In this document: positions 1 to 9,464 of the stretch, piece after piece
Numbering within the stretch: the first letter of the stretch is position 1
Layout: each line of letters opens with the position of its first letter
Assembly (NCBI GenBank): GCA_965200245.1
Contig: CBDATS010000015.1
Location: 64,001 to 128,000 of the forward strand
Origin: a bacterium
GTDB lineage: Bacteria; UBA8248
Reading direction: 5' to 3'
DNA: 64,000 nt
Notes under the pieces: generated by a model
The model's input: the letters and a program-made list of their open reading frames with translations, nothing else
The model's database searches: none
Told to the model about the DNA's origin: nothing
Program-made: the position numbers and the translations under genes

Positions 1-2
1 TC

Positions 3-1001
3 ACTTATCAGGAATTGCTCCAATCGAAGCAATCCGGCGTTCTCGAAAAGTTTCTGAAGCGATTCCCGGAAGGCTGGTTTGATACACCTCCCGATTTGGA
101 CACCCAGAAGAGGGAATACGAAGCCCTGACGGCAAAAGACGAGATCGCACCCTACAGGGTTTTCCTTGAAAAATACAAAAATGCGCGCAGCGAATGGACC
201 GAAGCGGCGACCCAGCGCCTTGAAAGGCTCCTGCTTGATGCGGTGAAAGCCTCGGGTGACGTTCTTCGCCTCGAGAGGTTCGTTTTTGATAATCCCTCCA
301 GCCCCTATCTTGGCGAGGCGAAGAACGCTTTGCGCGCAGCGAGATTCAAACAGGCTTTGGGATCCGGGCAGGAAGTGGAATGGAAGGCTTTTATCCGAAG
401 GTACAAAGGCTCGAAAGAAGCAGGAATTGTTCAGCAGCATATGGAAACGAAGGCGCTGGAAGGAGCCGAACGCTCAGGCCGTGTCGCGGCGCTTGAGCAG
501 TTTCTGGTGCGCTACCCCGGTTCGGTTCACAAAGAACGGATTCTCACCTCGATTCACAGGATAGGGCAGGAGAGGAATCAACAGGCCCATCAGTGGGTGC
601 GCGTAGAAAACGCCGAGGTCGAGGTATTCCGGAAACCCAAATGTAAATCCTGCAGGCCCTATTTGCGCGCCCAGGGCACACTGCGCAATCTGGATCCCGA
701 TTTTTCTTTCGATGTAGGCTTGCAGGTCGAACTCATCCGGAGCGGGCGAAATTTTTGTCGCACCAGACACTGGATAAGAGGACTGAGGCCCGGAGAAACC
801 CGTCCGTTTTCGTTTCACATTCGCGGAAAATCGCCTCCTAGGGGCAGCCCCGCTCCGAGGTATGAACTCGAGGTGATATCCGGTTCCGCTTATCGTGATC
901 CACAAGAGGAGCAAAACATGGAAATCGAAGGTCTGGGCGGAAGGGGCAAGGGTCCTCAAAGTGATCGCTTCGCGCCTTTCCGGGTTCCTGATCTGAATTA
1001 A
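3..1001 (+). CDS. Helical-repeat protein with C-terminal Ig/FxLYD-like domain (5' partial)
   Basis: Frame is open to the window edge; recurring F(L/I)xx(Y/F)PxS-type motifs (FLKRFPEG, FVFDNPSSPY, FIRRYKGS, FLVRYPGSVH); C-terminal GTLRN...LRPGETRPFSF. Confidence 0.6.
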   Translation, partial: TYQELLQSKQSGVLEKFLKRFPEGWFDTPPDLDTQKREYEALTAKDEIAPYRVFLEKYKNARSEWTEAATQRLERLLLDAVKASGDVLRLERFVFDNPSSPYLGEAKNALRAARFKQALGSGQEVEWKAFIRRYKGSKEAGIVQQHMETKALEGAERSGRVAALEQFLVRYPGSVHKERILTSIHRIGQERNQQAHQWVRVENAEVEVFRKPKCKSCRPYLRAQGTLRNLDPDFSFDVGLQVELIRSGRNFCRTRHWIRGLRPGETRPFSFHIRGKSPPRGSPAPRYELEVISGSAYRDPQEEQNMEIEGLGGRGKGPQSDRFAPFRVPDLN

Positions 1002-1071
1002 AACAAGATAAATATCAATATTTTATGATGTTATATTGAAATAGAATAGAGGAATTTCTCGCTTGTGAAGT

Positions 1072-1977
1072 TTACTGGCGGTTCTTGCGCTTGAGTCTGC
1101 GCCGGTTCACTTTCTTGATATGTTTTGCGATGTATTGCACGAGGGCAGGGTTGCCAATGAGCAGAGACTGCCGCCACTTGCGTGCAGCGTCGAGGTCTTT
1201 CGGCGTATTCTCTTCAGAGAAAAACGTATCGAGGGCACGCCATTGGTTCGTACGGTCACGCCTTGCGAGAGTCGTGCCCCCTGCTTCTTTCACGATAACG
1301 GTCCCCGCCGCAACATCCCAGATGCTGGGAACGCCAAAGAGCGTATAGTGCAAGCCTCCACGTGCCACGAGGGCCTGCTCGTAGCACATCGAGCCGGTGG
1401 CGCGTACCTCGCCAAGGTTTTTCTTGAGCGGTCCTGTGGGACGGAATTGCGTCCAGTAGGAACCAGGCAGGGCGGCAATGCGTTTTCCGGTGGGTTTGTC
1501 TTCTGTGGCTACTTCGATTCTGTGCTTGTTGCGAAACGCCCCACCGCCTTCGAATGCGCTGTATATGGTACCTTTCTCCTCGGGCGTGAAAATCGCGCCC
1601 GCAATCGAGCGTCCGCGCTTCAATACACCCACCGAGCAGCCCCAGACGTGCAGGCCGTTCAGAAAATTTTTTGTGCCGTCGAGGGGGTCCAGAACCCAGA
1701 GAAATTCGGGTATTTTACGCGCTCCCTGCGCTTTGGCTTCTTCTTCGTTTTTGGGTTTCTCCTCGCCCAGAACCCCGTGCGCCGGAAAGTTCTCGTTTAT
1801 CACTTTCGTGAGAAACTCCTGGCTCGCGTGGTCGGCTTCGCTCACCGGGTCGGTCTCGGCCTTGTTTTTGTAATCCACTTCGACCTGCTTGCCGAAAAAA
1901 TCCATCAGGATTTCTCCGGCCTCACGGGCGAATCGGGAAGCGGCTTCGGCAAGGTTTCGGGGGGTAGGTTCGCTCAT
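1072..1977 (-). CDS. Inositol monophosphatase family protein (SuhB-like)
   Basis: Motifs GEE, WVLDPLDGTKNF and WDVAAG. Confidence 0.9.
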   Translation of the reverse strand: MSEPTPRNLAEAASRFAREAGEILMDFFGKQVEVDYKNKAETDPVSEADHASQEFLTKVINENFPAHGVLGEEKPKNEEEAKAQGARKIPEFLWVLDPLDGTKNFLNGLHVWGCSVGVLKRGRSIAGAIFTPEEKGTIYSAFEGGGAFRNKHRIEVATEDKPTGKRIAALPGSYWTQFRPTGPLKKNLGEVRATGSMCYEQALVARGGLHYTLFGVPSIWDVAAGTVIVKEAGGTTLARRDRTNQWRALDTFFSEENTPKDLDAARKWRQSLLIGNPALVQYIAKHIKKVNRRRLKRKNRQ

Positions 1978-3023
1978 TCCTCACGCTCCAGCGGAGGCAG
2001 GTCGAGCCTGTCCGCAATTTCATCGAGTTCAGCAAGGCGTTCCGGCGAGAGTTCGAACCCCGTGCGCCTGCGTTTCGTCTCGGACCGGTGCTCGATCTCG
2101 CCGGGTATGAAAATCGTTTCCACACCCGCCGCCTTGGGTGTCGCCTTGATGATGGAGACGAAGGCGTTGGCGGCGGCCTGAAACTGCGATATCGGCAGAA
2201 GCGCCTCGATATTGACGGCTACGAAAACGCTCGTGACCCGGCTTTTTCCGTGAAATTCGTTGATGCCCACGATCTCGTGGCTGTGTCCTCCGCCCGCAAG
2301 GCAGCCGAGTATGGCGTCGATGGCGACAGAAAGCCCGCTGCCTTTGTACCCTGCAATCGGGGAGAGCAGGGAGCTTTCTAGGACTTCTTCGGGGTCCGTG
2401 GTCGGCCTGCCCTCTTTATCCAGTCCCCATCCCTCGGGGATGAGTTCGCCCGCCCGCGCCGCTTCGATGATATAGCCTCGTGCCACGACGGAAAGTGCCA
2501 TGTCCAGCACCATCGGGGGGTCGCTCGGCAGGGCGATGGAAAGGGGATTGTTGCCGATTCTGGGTTCTTTGCCTCCTGCCGGGGGCAGGACGCGCAGGGT
2601 GTTCGTCGTCACGATGCCGATCATGCCCGCTTCGGGTGCCATGGCCGCGTACGTTGCGGCGGCGCCGAAATGGTTGCTCTCTTTGAGTAGAACGGCGCCC
2701 ACATTGTGCTCTCTGGCGCGCGCTATGGCCTCTTCCATCGCGAGTCTGGAAACCACCTGGCCCATGCCGTTGTCGCCGTCTGCGAGCGCGAGTGCGCCTG
2801 CATCCTTGGCGATGTGGAAATTCGGAGTCGGGTTCGCAAGACTGATTTCCAGTCGCTTTGCGTAGTGTGGCATGCGGATCACGCCGTGACTGGTCACGCC
2901 GCGTAGCTCGGCTGTCACGAGTGTCTCTGCCGTCCATGCAGCGTCTTCTGCTGGCATGCCCAGCTTGGTGAAGACCCGATTCAGGAAGGCGTGGAGTTTC
3001 TCGCCCGTCGTGTGTCCGCTCAT
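1974..3023 (-). CDS. Ldh_2 family oxidoreductase (malate/L-lactate/sulfolactate dehydrogenase-like), paralog 1
   Basis: AELRGVTSHG, DGDNGMGQV, SNHFGAA, GNNPL, GYKGSGL, IPGE. Confidence 0.9.
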   Translation of the reverse strand: MSGHTTGEKLHAFLNRVFTKLGMPAEDAAWTAETLVTAELRGVTSHGVIRMPHYAKRLEISLANPTPNFHIAKDAGALALADGDNGMGQVVSRLAMEEAIARAREHNVGAVLLKESNHFGAAATYAAMAPEAGMIGIVTTNTLRVLPPAGGKEPRIGNNPLSIALPSDPPMVLDMALSVVARGYIIEAARAGELIPEGWGLDKEGRPTTDPEEVLESSLLSPIAGYKGSGLSVAIDAILGCLAGGGHSHEIVGINEFHGKSRVTSVFVAVNIEALLPISQFQAAANAFVSIIKATPKAAGVETIFIPGEIEHRSETKRRRTGFELSPERLAELDEIADRLDLPPLEREE

Positions 3024-3596
3024 TCAACCCTCACGCGTGAACAGATAGGCCATACCGTGCCGAACGTGTTCGCCGGAGTCGATTTCGCTCAGAAAATCGG
3101 CCCGAGAGACGGACCAGCGGTTCACTTCGCTCAACTCACGTACTCGCCAGCCGGGAGCGTCCCATAGCGATTCGCTGCCAGCATAGCCGGGCCCTTGCTG
3201 CACGATCGTCAGATACCAGCGGAGGTTTTTCTCGCCAAATACCAGCCTGTCCACGCCTGAATCGAACGGCAGCCAGCAGGAAAACACGAAATCAGGCGTA
3301 TGGACTGTAAGCGCATCACGCGCGTCAAGAGCTTCCACTCCATCTTGTCCGGCCAGGTCCGTGAGTTTCAGATGCACACCGTGCGACTGCAACGCTTTCC
3401 CGATGATGGCGGCGCCGGCCCCCACCTCCAGAGGTCTTTGGGGAGCCAGGGCAACAATTTCCTCCCTGAGCGCGTCCAGCCATTCGATTACGGGAAGCTG
3501 GTAGAGGTTTTTCCCCTCGCAGTACAGGAGCCAGCCTTTTCTCTGCTCTTCTTCTGCAAGCATTTCCATGGCTTCGGCGTAGGGCAGGGGATTCAT
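3024..3596 (-). CDS. Hypothetical protein, SAM-dependent methyltransferase-like fold
   Basis: LEVGAGAA glycine-rich motif; abuts the Ldh_2 gene. Confidence 0.55.
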   Translation of the reverse strand: MNPLPYAEAMEMLAEEEQRKGWLLYCEGKNLYQLPVIEWLDALREEIVALAPQRPLEVGAGAAIIGKALQSHGVHLKLTDLAGQDGVEALDARDALTVHTPDFVFSCWLPFDSGVDRLVFGEKNLRWYLTIVQQGPGYAGSESLWDAPGWRVRELSEVNRWSVSRADFLSEIDSGEHVRHGMAYLFTREG

Positions 3597-3727
3597 CCAG
3601 GGACCCGGGTAAGGAGTATCCGTATCGCCCGTCTCAAAGAAATAAACCGCCCGAAAGGGAAGTTCCCTTGCAACGCCGCGTGAAACAAATCTCCAGAACG
3701 CATCTCCCCGTGCCTCTGGTGAATTTC

Positions 3728-4939
3728 CTAGACGCTTGGTCCATTTCTGTTGATGGCGAAAGCGTTGTCTTCATGCAGTATCTCGGCCTTCGTCATTTTC
3801 CCGCTTGCGACATCGATCACCTCGTCATAGACGCGCCGTCCCGCCACCTCGATGGGCACACCCTCGAAGATGTCCGTCACATCCACATCCGTGGTGTCGG
3901 CCTGCAGCTTCGCAGAGAGCGGGTTGCCCGTAATGCGAATGGTGCTCATCAGGGGGTGGTTGATGGTGTGGCCGCCGCCCGTGGAGAAGATGAGTACCTG
4001 AGAGCCGCCCGCCGCGATACCGGTAATGGATTCGCCCCCGTGGCCCGGTGTATCCATCACGTGGAGGCCGCTTCTGCGGCTCGCACGTTTCGCCCATGGG
4101 ATCACATCCACGATGGGCGCGGAACCTGCCTTCTGGATGGCGCCCAGGGATTTTTCTTCAATGGTGGTCAGGCCGCCCTCCATGTTGTCGCCCGTGGGCT
4201 GGCTGCCCCTGAGGTCGACGCCGCAGGCGAGTATACGTTCTTCCATCTCCTCCACCATCTTCCAGATGCGCTTACCCAAGGCCGGCCTCACACATTTATC
4301 GGCCAACACACCCTCGCCGCCCATCATTTCCGTAGTTTCGGCCAACAGGGCACGTCCACCCAGTTTAACGACTTGGTCTGTCACCCAGCCAGTGGCCTTG
4401 TTGTGCGAGAGGCCCGAAGTGGTGTCCGACGTTCCGCAGTTCAGTCCCAGAAGCAGCTTGCTCACCGGGACTTCCTGACGGCGTTCGTTCGTGAGCTCTC
4501 GAAGCATCTCCATTCCGATCCGCGTGGCCTTTGCGGTAGCGTCTATTGCGCCCCCGTCCTCTCGAATGTTGATTGCCTCCACCCGTTTTTCCGTTTTGGC
4601 TATTTCATGGGCGATTTCATCCGCCGTACAACCTTCTTCGCGATGGTGATCGATGACGATAACGGCGCCCGCATTGGCGTTTTGTCCATGCCCGACGAGG
4701 GTCTCGAACGTGCGCTGGATGTCGGGACCGATCTGGCAGCGGCCCAGTGGGTGAGTGAGTGCGACACTATGTCGCAGCGTTCTGGCGACGCGCTCGCAGG
4801 TTGGGTTGGCGTAGAGCGTGCCGCTAAGCAGAAGCAGGTAGTTTCTTGCGCCTACATCCCCCTTTTCCCTGGGGTATCCCCACCAGGTTTTTCTCAGGCG
4901 TTTCGACGATCCTGCGCCTCTTCCGTTTCTTCTGGCCAT
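3728..4939 (-). CDS. UxaA/GarD-family dehydratase or lyase, large subunit (SuyB-like)
   Basis: GY.R..G.VG.RN, CGTSDTTSG, GNMEGGLTTIEEKSLG, MDTPG, FSTGGG. Confidence 0.9.
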   Translation of the reverse strand: MARRNGRGAGSSKRLRKTWWGYPREKGDVGARNYLLLLSGTLYANPTCERVARTLRHSVALTHPLGRCQIGPDIQRTFETLVGHGQNANAGAVIVIDHHREEGCTADEIAHEIAKTEKRVEAINIREDGGAIDATAKATRIGMEMLRELTNERRQEVPVSKLLLGLNCGTSDTTSGLSHNKATGWVTDQVVKLGGRALLAETTEMMGGEGVLADKCVRPALGKRIWKMVEEMEERILACGVDLRGSQPTGDNMEGGLTTIEEKSLGAIQKAGSAPIVDVIPWAKRASRRSGLHVMDTPGHGGESITGIAAGGSQVLIFSTGGGHTINHPLMSTIRITGNPLSAKLQADTTDVDVTDIFEGVPIEVAGRRVYDEVIDVASGKMTKAEILHEDNAFAINRNGPSV

Positions 4940-4955
4940 GGTGCACCTCCCTTCT

Positions 4956-5249
4956 TTATGCGAGGTCGCCGCGGCCGCGGGCGCTCTCTATGTTATGTAT
5001 GTGAATGTAGTCGCCCACTTTGATGTTCTTGCTCGCCACGCCGATGGACAGGCCGTATTTAATGCAGTGCTCACCTTTTTTCAGTGGTTTGATGCAGATT
5101 TTGTGGATATAGGGAATCGCCTGATTGGCAGTAAGGGTTTCGCCCATCTTGCCGTTGAGCATGAGGCAAACGGAACCTCCCTTTTCCACCTTTTCAAGAC
5201 AGGTGGCAACATTGTCTTCTTCTTCGATAATCATTGCAGTTACCGGCAT
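4956..5249 (-). CDS. UxaA-family SAF-domain small subunit (SuyA-like)
   Basis: DNVAT...IPYIHKI...IKYG..IG.A...I..GDYIHIHNIES; ATG at 5249 with AGGAG RBS. Confidence 0.88.
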   Translation of the reverse strand: MPVTAMIIEEEDNVATCLEKVEKGGSVCLMLNGKMGETLTANQAIPYIHKICIKPLKKGEHCIKYGLSIGVASKNIKVGDYIHIHNIESARGRGDLA

Positions 5250-5372
5250 GTTTTTCTCCTTCCAAAATTCAAGGTCCGAAAACCCATCGTAGCCAGTCAT
5301 GTGATGGATGATTGAGGAATTTCCTTCCAACGAGCCACAAACTATCGCATGGCAGGCGACAATTCTCAACAA

Positions 5373-6013
5373 TGGGGAGTTACATACTTAAATCCGCAAG
5401 TCTCAATCCCTTCATCTTGCGCGCCGGCCCCAACCGCATCCCTGGATATCATGCAGACGAACATCACCGTCATCACCGGAAGTTGTGTACGGGAATCGTC
5501 ATGACTCTTTCCTGCAAGACAGGGAACGTCTTCTGCAGACAAGAGGAGGGGTGATAACAGCCTCATTTTGGAAATATGCTCCTTCGGACGCCGGTTTCCC
5601 GGGAGAAGAGGGGGCATACGGACGAGGTTCCGAGAGTCTGTTTCTCAACAGAAAAACGTCGAAAAATTTCCTGCTTTCCCGTCGGAATGTCCCATATCCT
5701 GCTCATGATGACGATGCAAAAAAACGAAAGCGTCAGGATATCAAACCATACTCATTTCCCCAGGAAAGGAGACCAGGATGAAATCTATTTCCGAGATGCG
5801 CGAGCACCTGATCGGGAAGGCAGGCGACAGTGAGGAGTTCCGTGCCCGTCTGATCTCCGAACCGAGGGCCGTGGTATCCGGGGAATTCGGAATCGCGGTG
5901 CCGGAGACTTTCAACCTGCATGTGATGGAAGACGACGCCGAGAACAGCTATCTCGTCCTCCCGCCTTCGTCCCGGCTCACCGAGGAAGAACTGGAAGCTG
6001 CTGAAGGCGCATA
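5373..6013 (+). repeat. 641-bp duplicated cassette, copy 1 (upstream region plus NHLP precursor leader)
   Basis: Colinear match to the reverse complement of 37343-37983; about 13 mismatches in 236 nt of coding part, more in the upstream part. Confidence 0.95.
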
Positions 6014-6023
6014 CTGGATGTAA
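5778..6023 (+). CDS. NHLP-leader (proteusin-type) RiPP precursor, predicted core YWM
   Basis: LIGKA..EEFRARLISEP...LHVMED...YLVLPP..LTEEELEAAEGA nitrile-hydratase-like leader; AGGAG RBS. Confidence 0.88.
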   Translation: MKSISEMREHLIGKAGDSEEFRARLISEPRAVVSGEFGIAVPETFNLHVMEDDAENSYLVLPPSSRLTEEELEAAEGAYWM

Positions 6024-6174
6024 AGGGAATGATACACGAAAATGCCCATTTTCTTCCCTGAAACCAATAGGATTTGCCTGGGTAATAGTAGCCGTTGCGA
6101 TTTGCAACCATCCGTGGCTTCTAGTCTGTCTTGAGAGGAATGATTTATTGAATACATTATAGAACGTATATTAT

Positions 6175-6210
6175 GGGTGGGAACAAGGCCGGAATATCTG
6201 GTTCCCACCC
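6175..6210. terminator. Stem-loop between the convergent precursor and Ldh_2 genes
   Basis: 10-bp inverted repeat GGGTGGGAAC / GTTCCCACCC. Confidence 0.5.
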
Positions 6211-6286
6211 GTAGCTTAGGCAGAACAGTATATCCGGGTTCAACGCAGGCATATCATCCCCCCAACAATGACAGGGAGCATCACGC

Positions 6287-7336
6287 TCAGCCCCTGGGCA
6301 AGGGCGCAACGCCCACCTCGGCTGCAATCCGGTCGAGATCCTTTGTAAGTGCTTCCTTGATCGTGATGCCCTCGGACAGGGCGGTTTGGTATCTGCGATG
6401 TGCCCCTTCGCCCGGGATCCGGATCTCATCGAAGCCGGGTGCCAGACCAGACGCTTTGATGCGTGTCACGGCTTCGTCTACCACCGCCTTGTAGTCGCCT
6501 CCCAGGCATATCTCCGGGCTTATCGCCATGGCGAACATCGGCAGGCCGAAGGGTTTATCCGTTTCCAGCCAGTCGGGCTGATCGGCGTCAAAGCCGTTGC
6601 CGGAAAGTGCACCCGTCAGGAAAGTGAACATGAGTGCCAGGCCATATCCCTTGTAATCCCCCAGGGGCAACATGGTGCCCTTTGCGGCGAGGCTGGCGTC
6701 TGTAGTCGGCCTGCCTGAGGGGTCAAGTGCCCAACCCTCGGGAATCGGGTCCCCCGTCCTGGCGGCCAGGAGCACGTAGCCTCTCGCCACCTTGGATGTG
6801 GCGATGTCGAAGATAATGGGATAATCCTGATTGGAGGGAATCGCGAAGGCCACCGGATTGTTTCCAACCATTCGCTCGAAACCGCCCCACGGGGCGAGGT
6901 TTCCGACCGCACCGCTGATGACCATGCCAATCATGCCGTGTTCAAGTGCCATGGCGGCGAAATAACCAATGTGGCCCGTGTGGGAGGATTTTCGTATTGC
7001 AGCCGCTCCGATGCCGCAAGTCTTTGCCTTCTCGATGGCGACATCCATGGCGCGCCGCGCGACGACGGCACTCATGCCGTAGTCCCCGTCAAGCAAGGAA
7101 AAAGCGGGCAGATCCGTGATGGTATCAACTTGGGGTCTCGGGTTCGCCGTTCCGTTTCTGAGACGTTCCACAAAAACCCCGAAGCGTACGCAGCCATGTG
7201 AATTCACGCCCCTCAGTTCGGCGTCCACAATTTGGGCGGCACACGCACTGGCGTCAGACTCCGTCATGTCGAGAGCCTGATAGACACGCACAAGATAGGT
7301 GTGAAGGTCTTTCGCATGAACCTTGATGTCCGGCAT
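6287..7336 (-). CDS. Ldh_2 family oxidoreductase, paralog 2
   Basis: AELRGVNSHG, SSHTGHIG, GNNPVAF, DYKGYGL, IPGE; start moved to ATG 7336 (GGGGAG RBS). Confidence 0.9.
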   Translation of the reverse strand: MPDIKVHAKDLHTYLVRVYQALDMTESDASACAAQIVDAELRGVNSHGCVRFGVFVERLRNGTANPRPQVDTITDLPAFSLLDGDYGMSAVVARRAMDVAIEKAKTCGIGAAAIRKSSHTGHIGYFAAMALEHGMIGMVISGAVGNLAPWGGFERMVGNNPVAFAIPSNQDYPIIFDIATSKVARGYVLLAARTGDPIPEGWALDPSGRPTTDASLAAKGTMLPLGDYKGYGLALMFTFLTGALSGNGFDADQPDWLETDKPFGLPMFAMAISPEICLGGDYKAVVDEAVTRIKASGLAPGFDEIRIPGEGAHRRYQTALSEGITIKEALTKDLDRIAAEVGVAPLPRG

Positions 7337-7463
7337 GTTTTCTCCCCGCGAAGTCAGCGAAGCCACGTGCAAACAAATCCCCGATCTTGTCTTGGCGGAC
7401 GGGAAAAAGAGTGTTAAGAGCTAATACGATGAGTTTGCCTTTACATATGGAGGGTCCGCAAGC

Positions 7464-8552
7464 ATGAAAGGATGGCGTTTCTATGCCTTTGGCGATATGA
7501 GGCTTGATGAGGTGCCGGACCCCGAGGTGAAACCCGGTTGGGCCGTGTGCAAGGTGCGGCGGGTGCAGCCAAGCATCACCGACGTGCAGAGATCTTTGGG
7601 TATCGGAACCATAAATTCGGCGCTTTTGAGGGAAATGCTCGAAAAACACGCGCCCGTGCAGTTGCTTGGGCACGAGATGAGCGCTGAAGTCGTGGAGGTG
7701 GGTGGAGGCGTCGAGCATCTGAGTGTGGGTGACAGGGTCTGTACCTCGGGTCACGTACCGTGCCTCAATTGCAGTTTTTGCCGTGAAGGTAGAGAGATGT
7801 ACTGCATCGACAAGCTTCACGTGGGCATAAACACGCCGGGGGCCTTCGCCGAGTACATCGCGTTGCCCGCGCACGGCCTTGTGAGGCCGCCCCAGACGCT
7901 GGACGACGCATCCATCGCCTGTCTCCAGCCGCTTTCCTCTACGGTTGCTGCCATGCGGGACGCGAAGGTTCAGCCAGGCGAGACAGTGGCTATCACGGGA
8001 CAAGGGGTGATGGGCCTCTATGCCCTGCAGGCTGCCCGCACCTGCGGGGCAGGGGCCGTCTACGTGAGCGATGTGAAAGAGGAAGCTCTCGCCTTGAGCC
8101 GCAGGTTCGGGGCGGATGAGATAATCGACGCGAGAGCAGAAGATACCGTTGAAAGGGTGATGGAGATAACGGAGGGCCGGGGTGTCGACCTCGTTTTCGA
8201 ATGCGCAGGCGGAAACGCCGAGCAGGGACTTTCGGGCCACACCACACTGCACCAGTCGACACGCATGGTGCGCATCGGCGGACGCGTCATCCAAATCGCG
8301 GGCCTCATCGGTGATCTGAAATTCGACCCGGTTTTCATGCGTGCACAGGGCATCCAGTGGGTTTTCCCCGAAGGACACGGCGCAGATACTGTGGCCCTGG
8401 GCGGGAAGTGGGTGGCCAGTGGAAGAATCGACGTGCAATCTCTCATCACACACGAGGAGCACGGAATCGAAAACCTTCCCCGAGTGATGGAGATTACCAA
8501 CAAGAAGGCGGAATACCGGGCCACGAACCCTTGCCAACTCGTTCTGGCTTAG
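7464..8552 (+). CDS. Zn-binding MDR dehydrogenase with atypical catalytic site
   Basis: GHE, structural CxxCxxC...C, GQGVMG Rossmann motif; QPSITD replaces GICGTD. Confidence 0.88.
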   Translation: MKGWRFYAFGDMRLDEVPDPEVKPGWAVCKVRRVQPSITDVQRSLGIGTINSALLREMLEKHAPVQLLGHEMSAEVVEVGGGVEHLSVGDRVCTSGHVPCLNCSFCREGREMYCIDKLHVGINTPGAFAEYIALPAHGLVRPPQTLDDASIACLQPLSSTVAAMRDAKVQPGETVAITGQGVMGLYALQAARTCGAGAVYVSDVKEEALALSRRFGADEIIDARAEDTVERVMEITEGRGVDLVFECAGGNAEQGLSGHTTLHQSTRMVRIGGRVIQIAGLIGDLKFDPVFMRAQGIQWVFPEGHGADTVALGGKWVASGRIDVQSLITHEEHGIENLPRVMEITNKKAEYRATNPCQLVLA

Positions 8553-8586
8553 CCTGTGCATACTTTCGTTTTATATTTTTAAGGAG

Positions 8587-9381
8587 ATGAAAATGGACCT
8601 TGGATTGACGGGAAAAATCGCCATCGTAACAGGCGCAAGCCGGGGCATCGGCCGCGAATGCGCGATCGCGCTTGCGAGAGAGGGTGCCCGCGTGTGCGCC
8701 GCGGGGCGGGATGAGACGCTTCTGGCCGAGGTGGTGGAAGCGGTGAACGCCGCAGGAGGAGAAGGCATGTCCGTCTCCTCTGACCTGACTTCGCTCGATG
8801 GATGCAGGAAGGTGGTCGATGAGTGCGTCGCGAACTTCGGTGGCGTGGACATCCTCATCAACAGTGCGGGTGCGGCGAGGGGCGGAGATATCCTGACGCT
8901 CGACGCGGAGTGGATTACCGAGGCGCTCGCTCTCAAGACATATGGATATCTACGTCTCTCCCAGTTGGTGATTCCTCACATGAGGGAGAACGGCTGGGGC
9001 CGCATCGTGAACATCGCGGGTGGGGCGGGCGCGAGTCCCGCACGTGGGAACATACCAACCAGTGCGGCGAATATCACCGTTCTCAACAACACGAGAGCTC
9101 TCTCCGACGCCGTGGCAGGTGAGGGAATTCAGGTGAATACAATCTGTCCGGGTATGACGAACACACAGCGCGCGCGTGACCTTATGCAGGGGCCTGCAGA
9201 CAAAGCGGGCAAGGATGTGGAGGAATTTTTGAAAGAAGTCGGTGCGAGAACACCTGCAGGGAGAATCGCCGAGCCCGAGGAGGTGGCGAACGTCGCCACG
9301 TTCCTGGCTTCCGCTGCGTGTTCTTACCTGAATGGGAGTTCCCTTTATATGGATGGCGGCAGCCGCAGGGCAACGCCCTAG
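8587..9381 (+). CDS. Short-chain dehydrogenase/reductase
   Basis: TGASRGIG, GGVDILINSAG, GRIVNI; the YxxxK position reads TSAAN. Confidence 0.9.
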   Translation: MKMDLGLTGKIAIVTGASRGIGRECAIALAREGARVCAAGRDETLLAEVVEAVNAAGGEGMSVSSDLTSLDGCRKVVDECVANFGGVDILINSAGAARGGDILTLDAEWITEALALKTYGYLRLSQLVIPHMRENGWGRIVNIAGGAGASPARGNIPTSAANITVLNNTRALSDAVAGEGIQVNTICPGMTNTQRARDLMQGPADKAGKDVEEFLKEVGARTPAGRIAEPEEVANVATFLASAACSYLNGSSLYMDGGSRRATP

Positions 9382-9401
9382 GCGAGGCCGAACCCGATTT
9401 T

Positions 9402-9436
9402 TCCTCCGGGCGGTGCGGATCGCCCGGAGGATTTTT
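9402..9436 (+). terminator. Intrinsic terminator-like hairpin
   Basis: TCCTCCGGGCG / CGCCCGGAGGA stem followed by a T-run. Confidence 0.65.
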
Positions 9437-9464
9437 CTTCCGTATTCTAAGAATGAGAGGAAAG

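Noticed and set aside
5705-5760. GCAAA…GAAA…CAAACC pattern before the precursor, resembling a c-di-GMP-I riboswitch
   Set aside because: The stem around GAAA does not pair properly and the required GACGCAAAG element is missing in both copies
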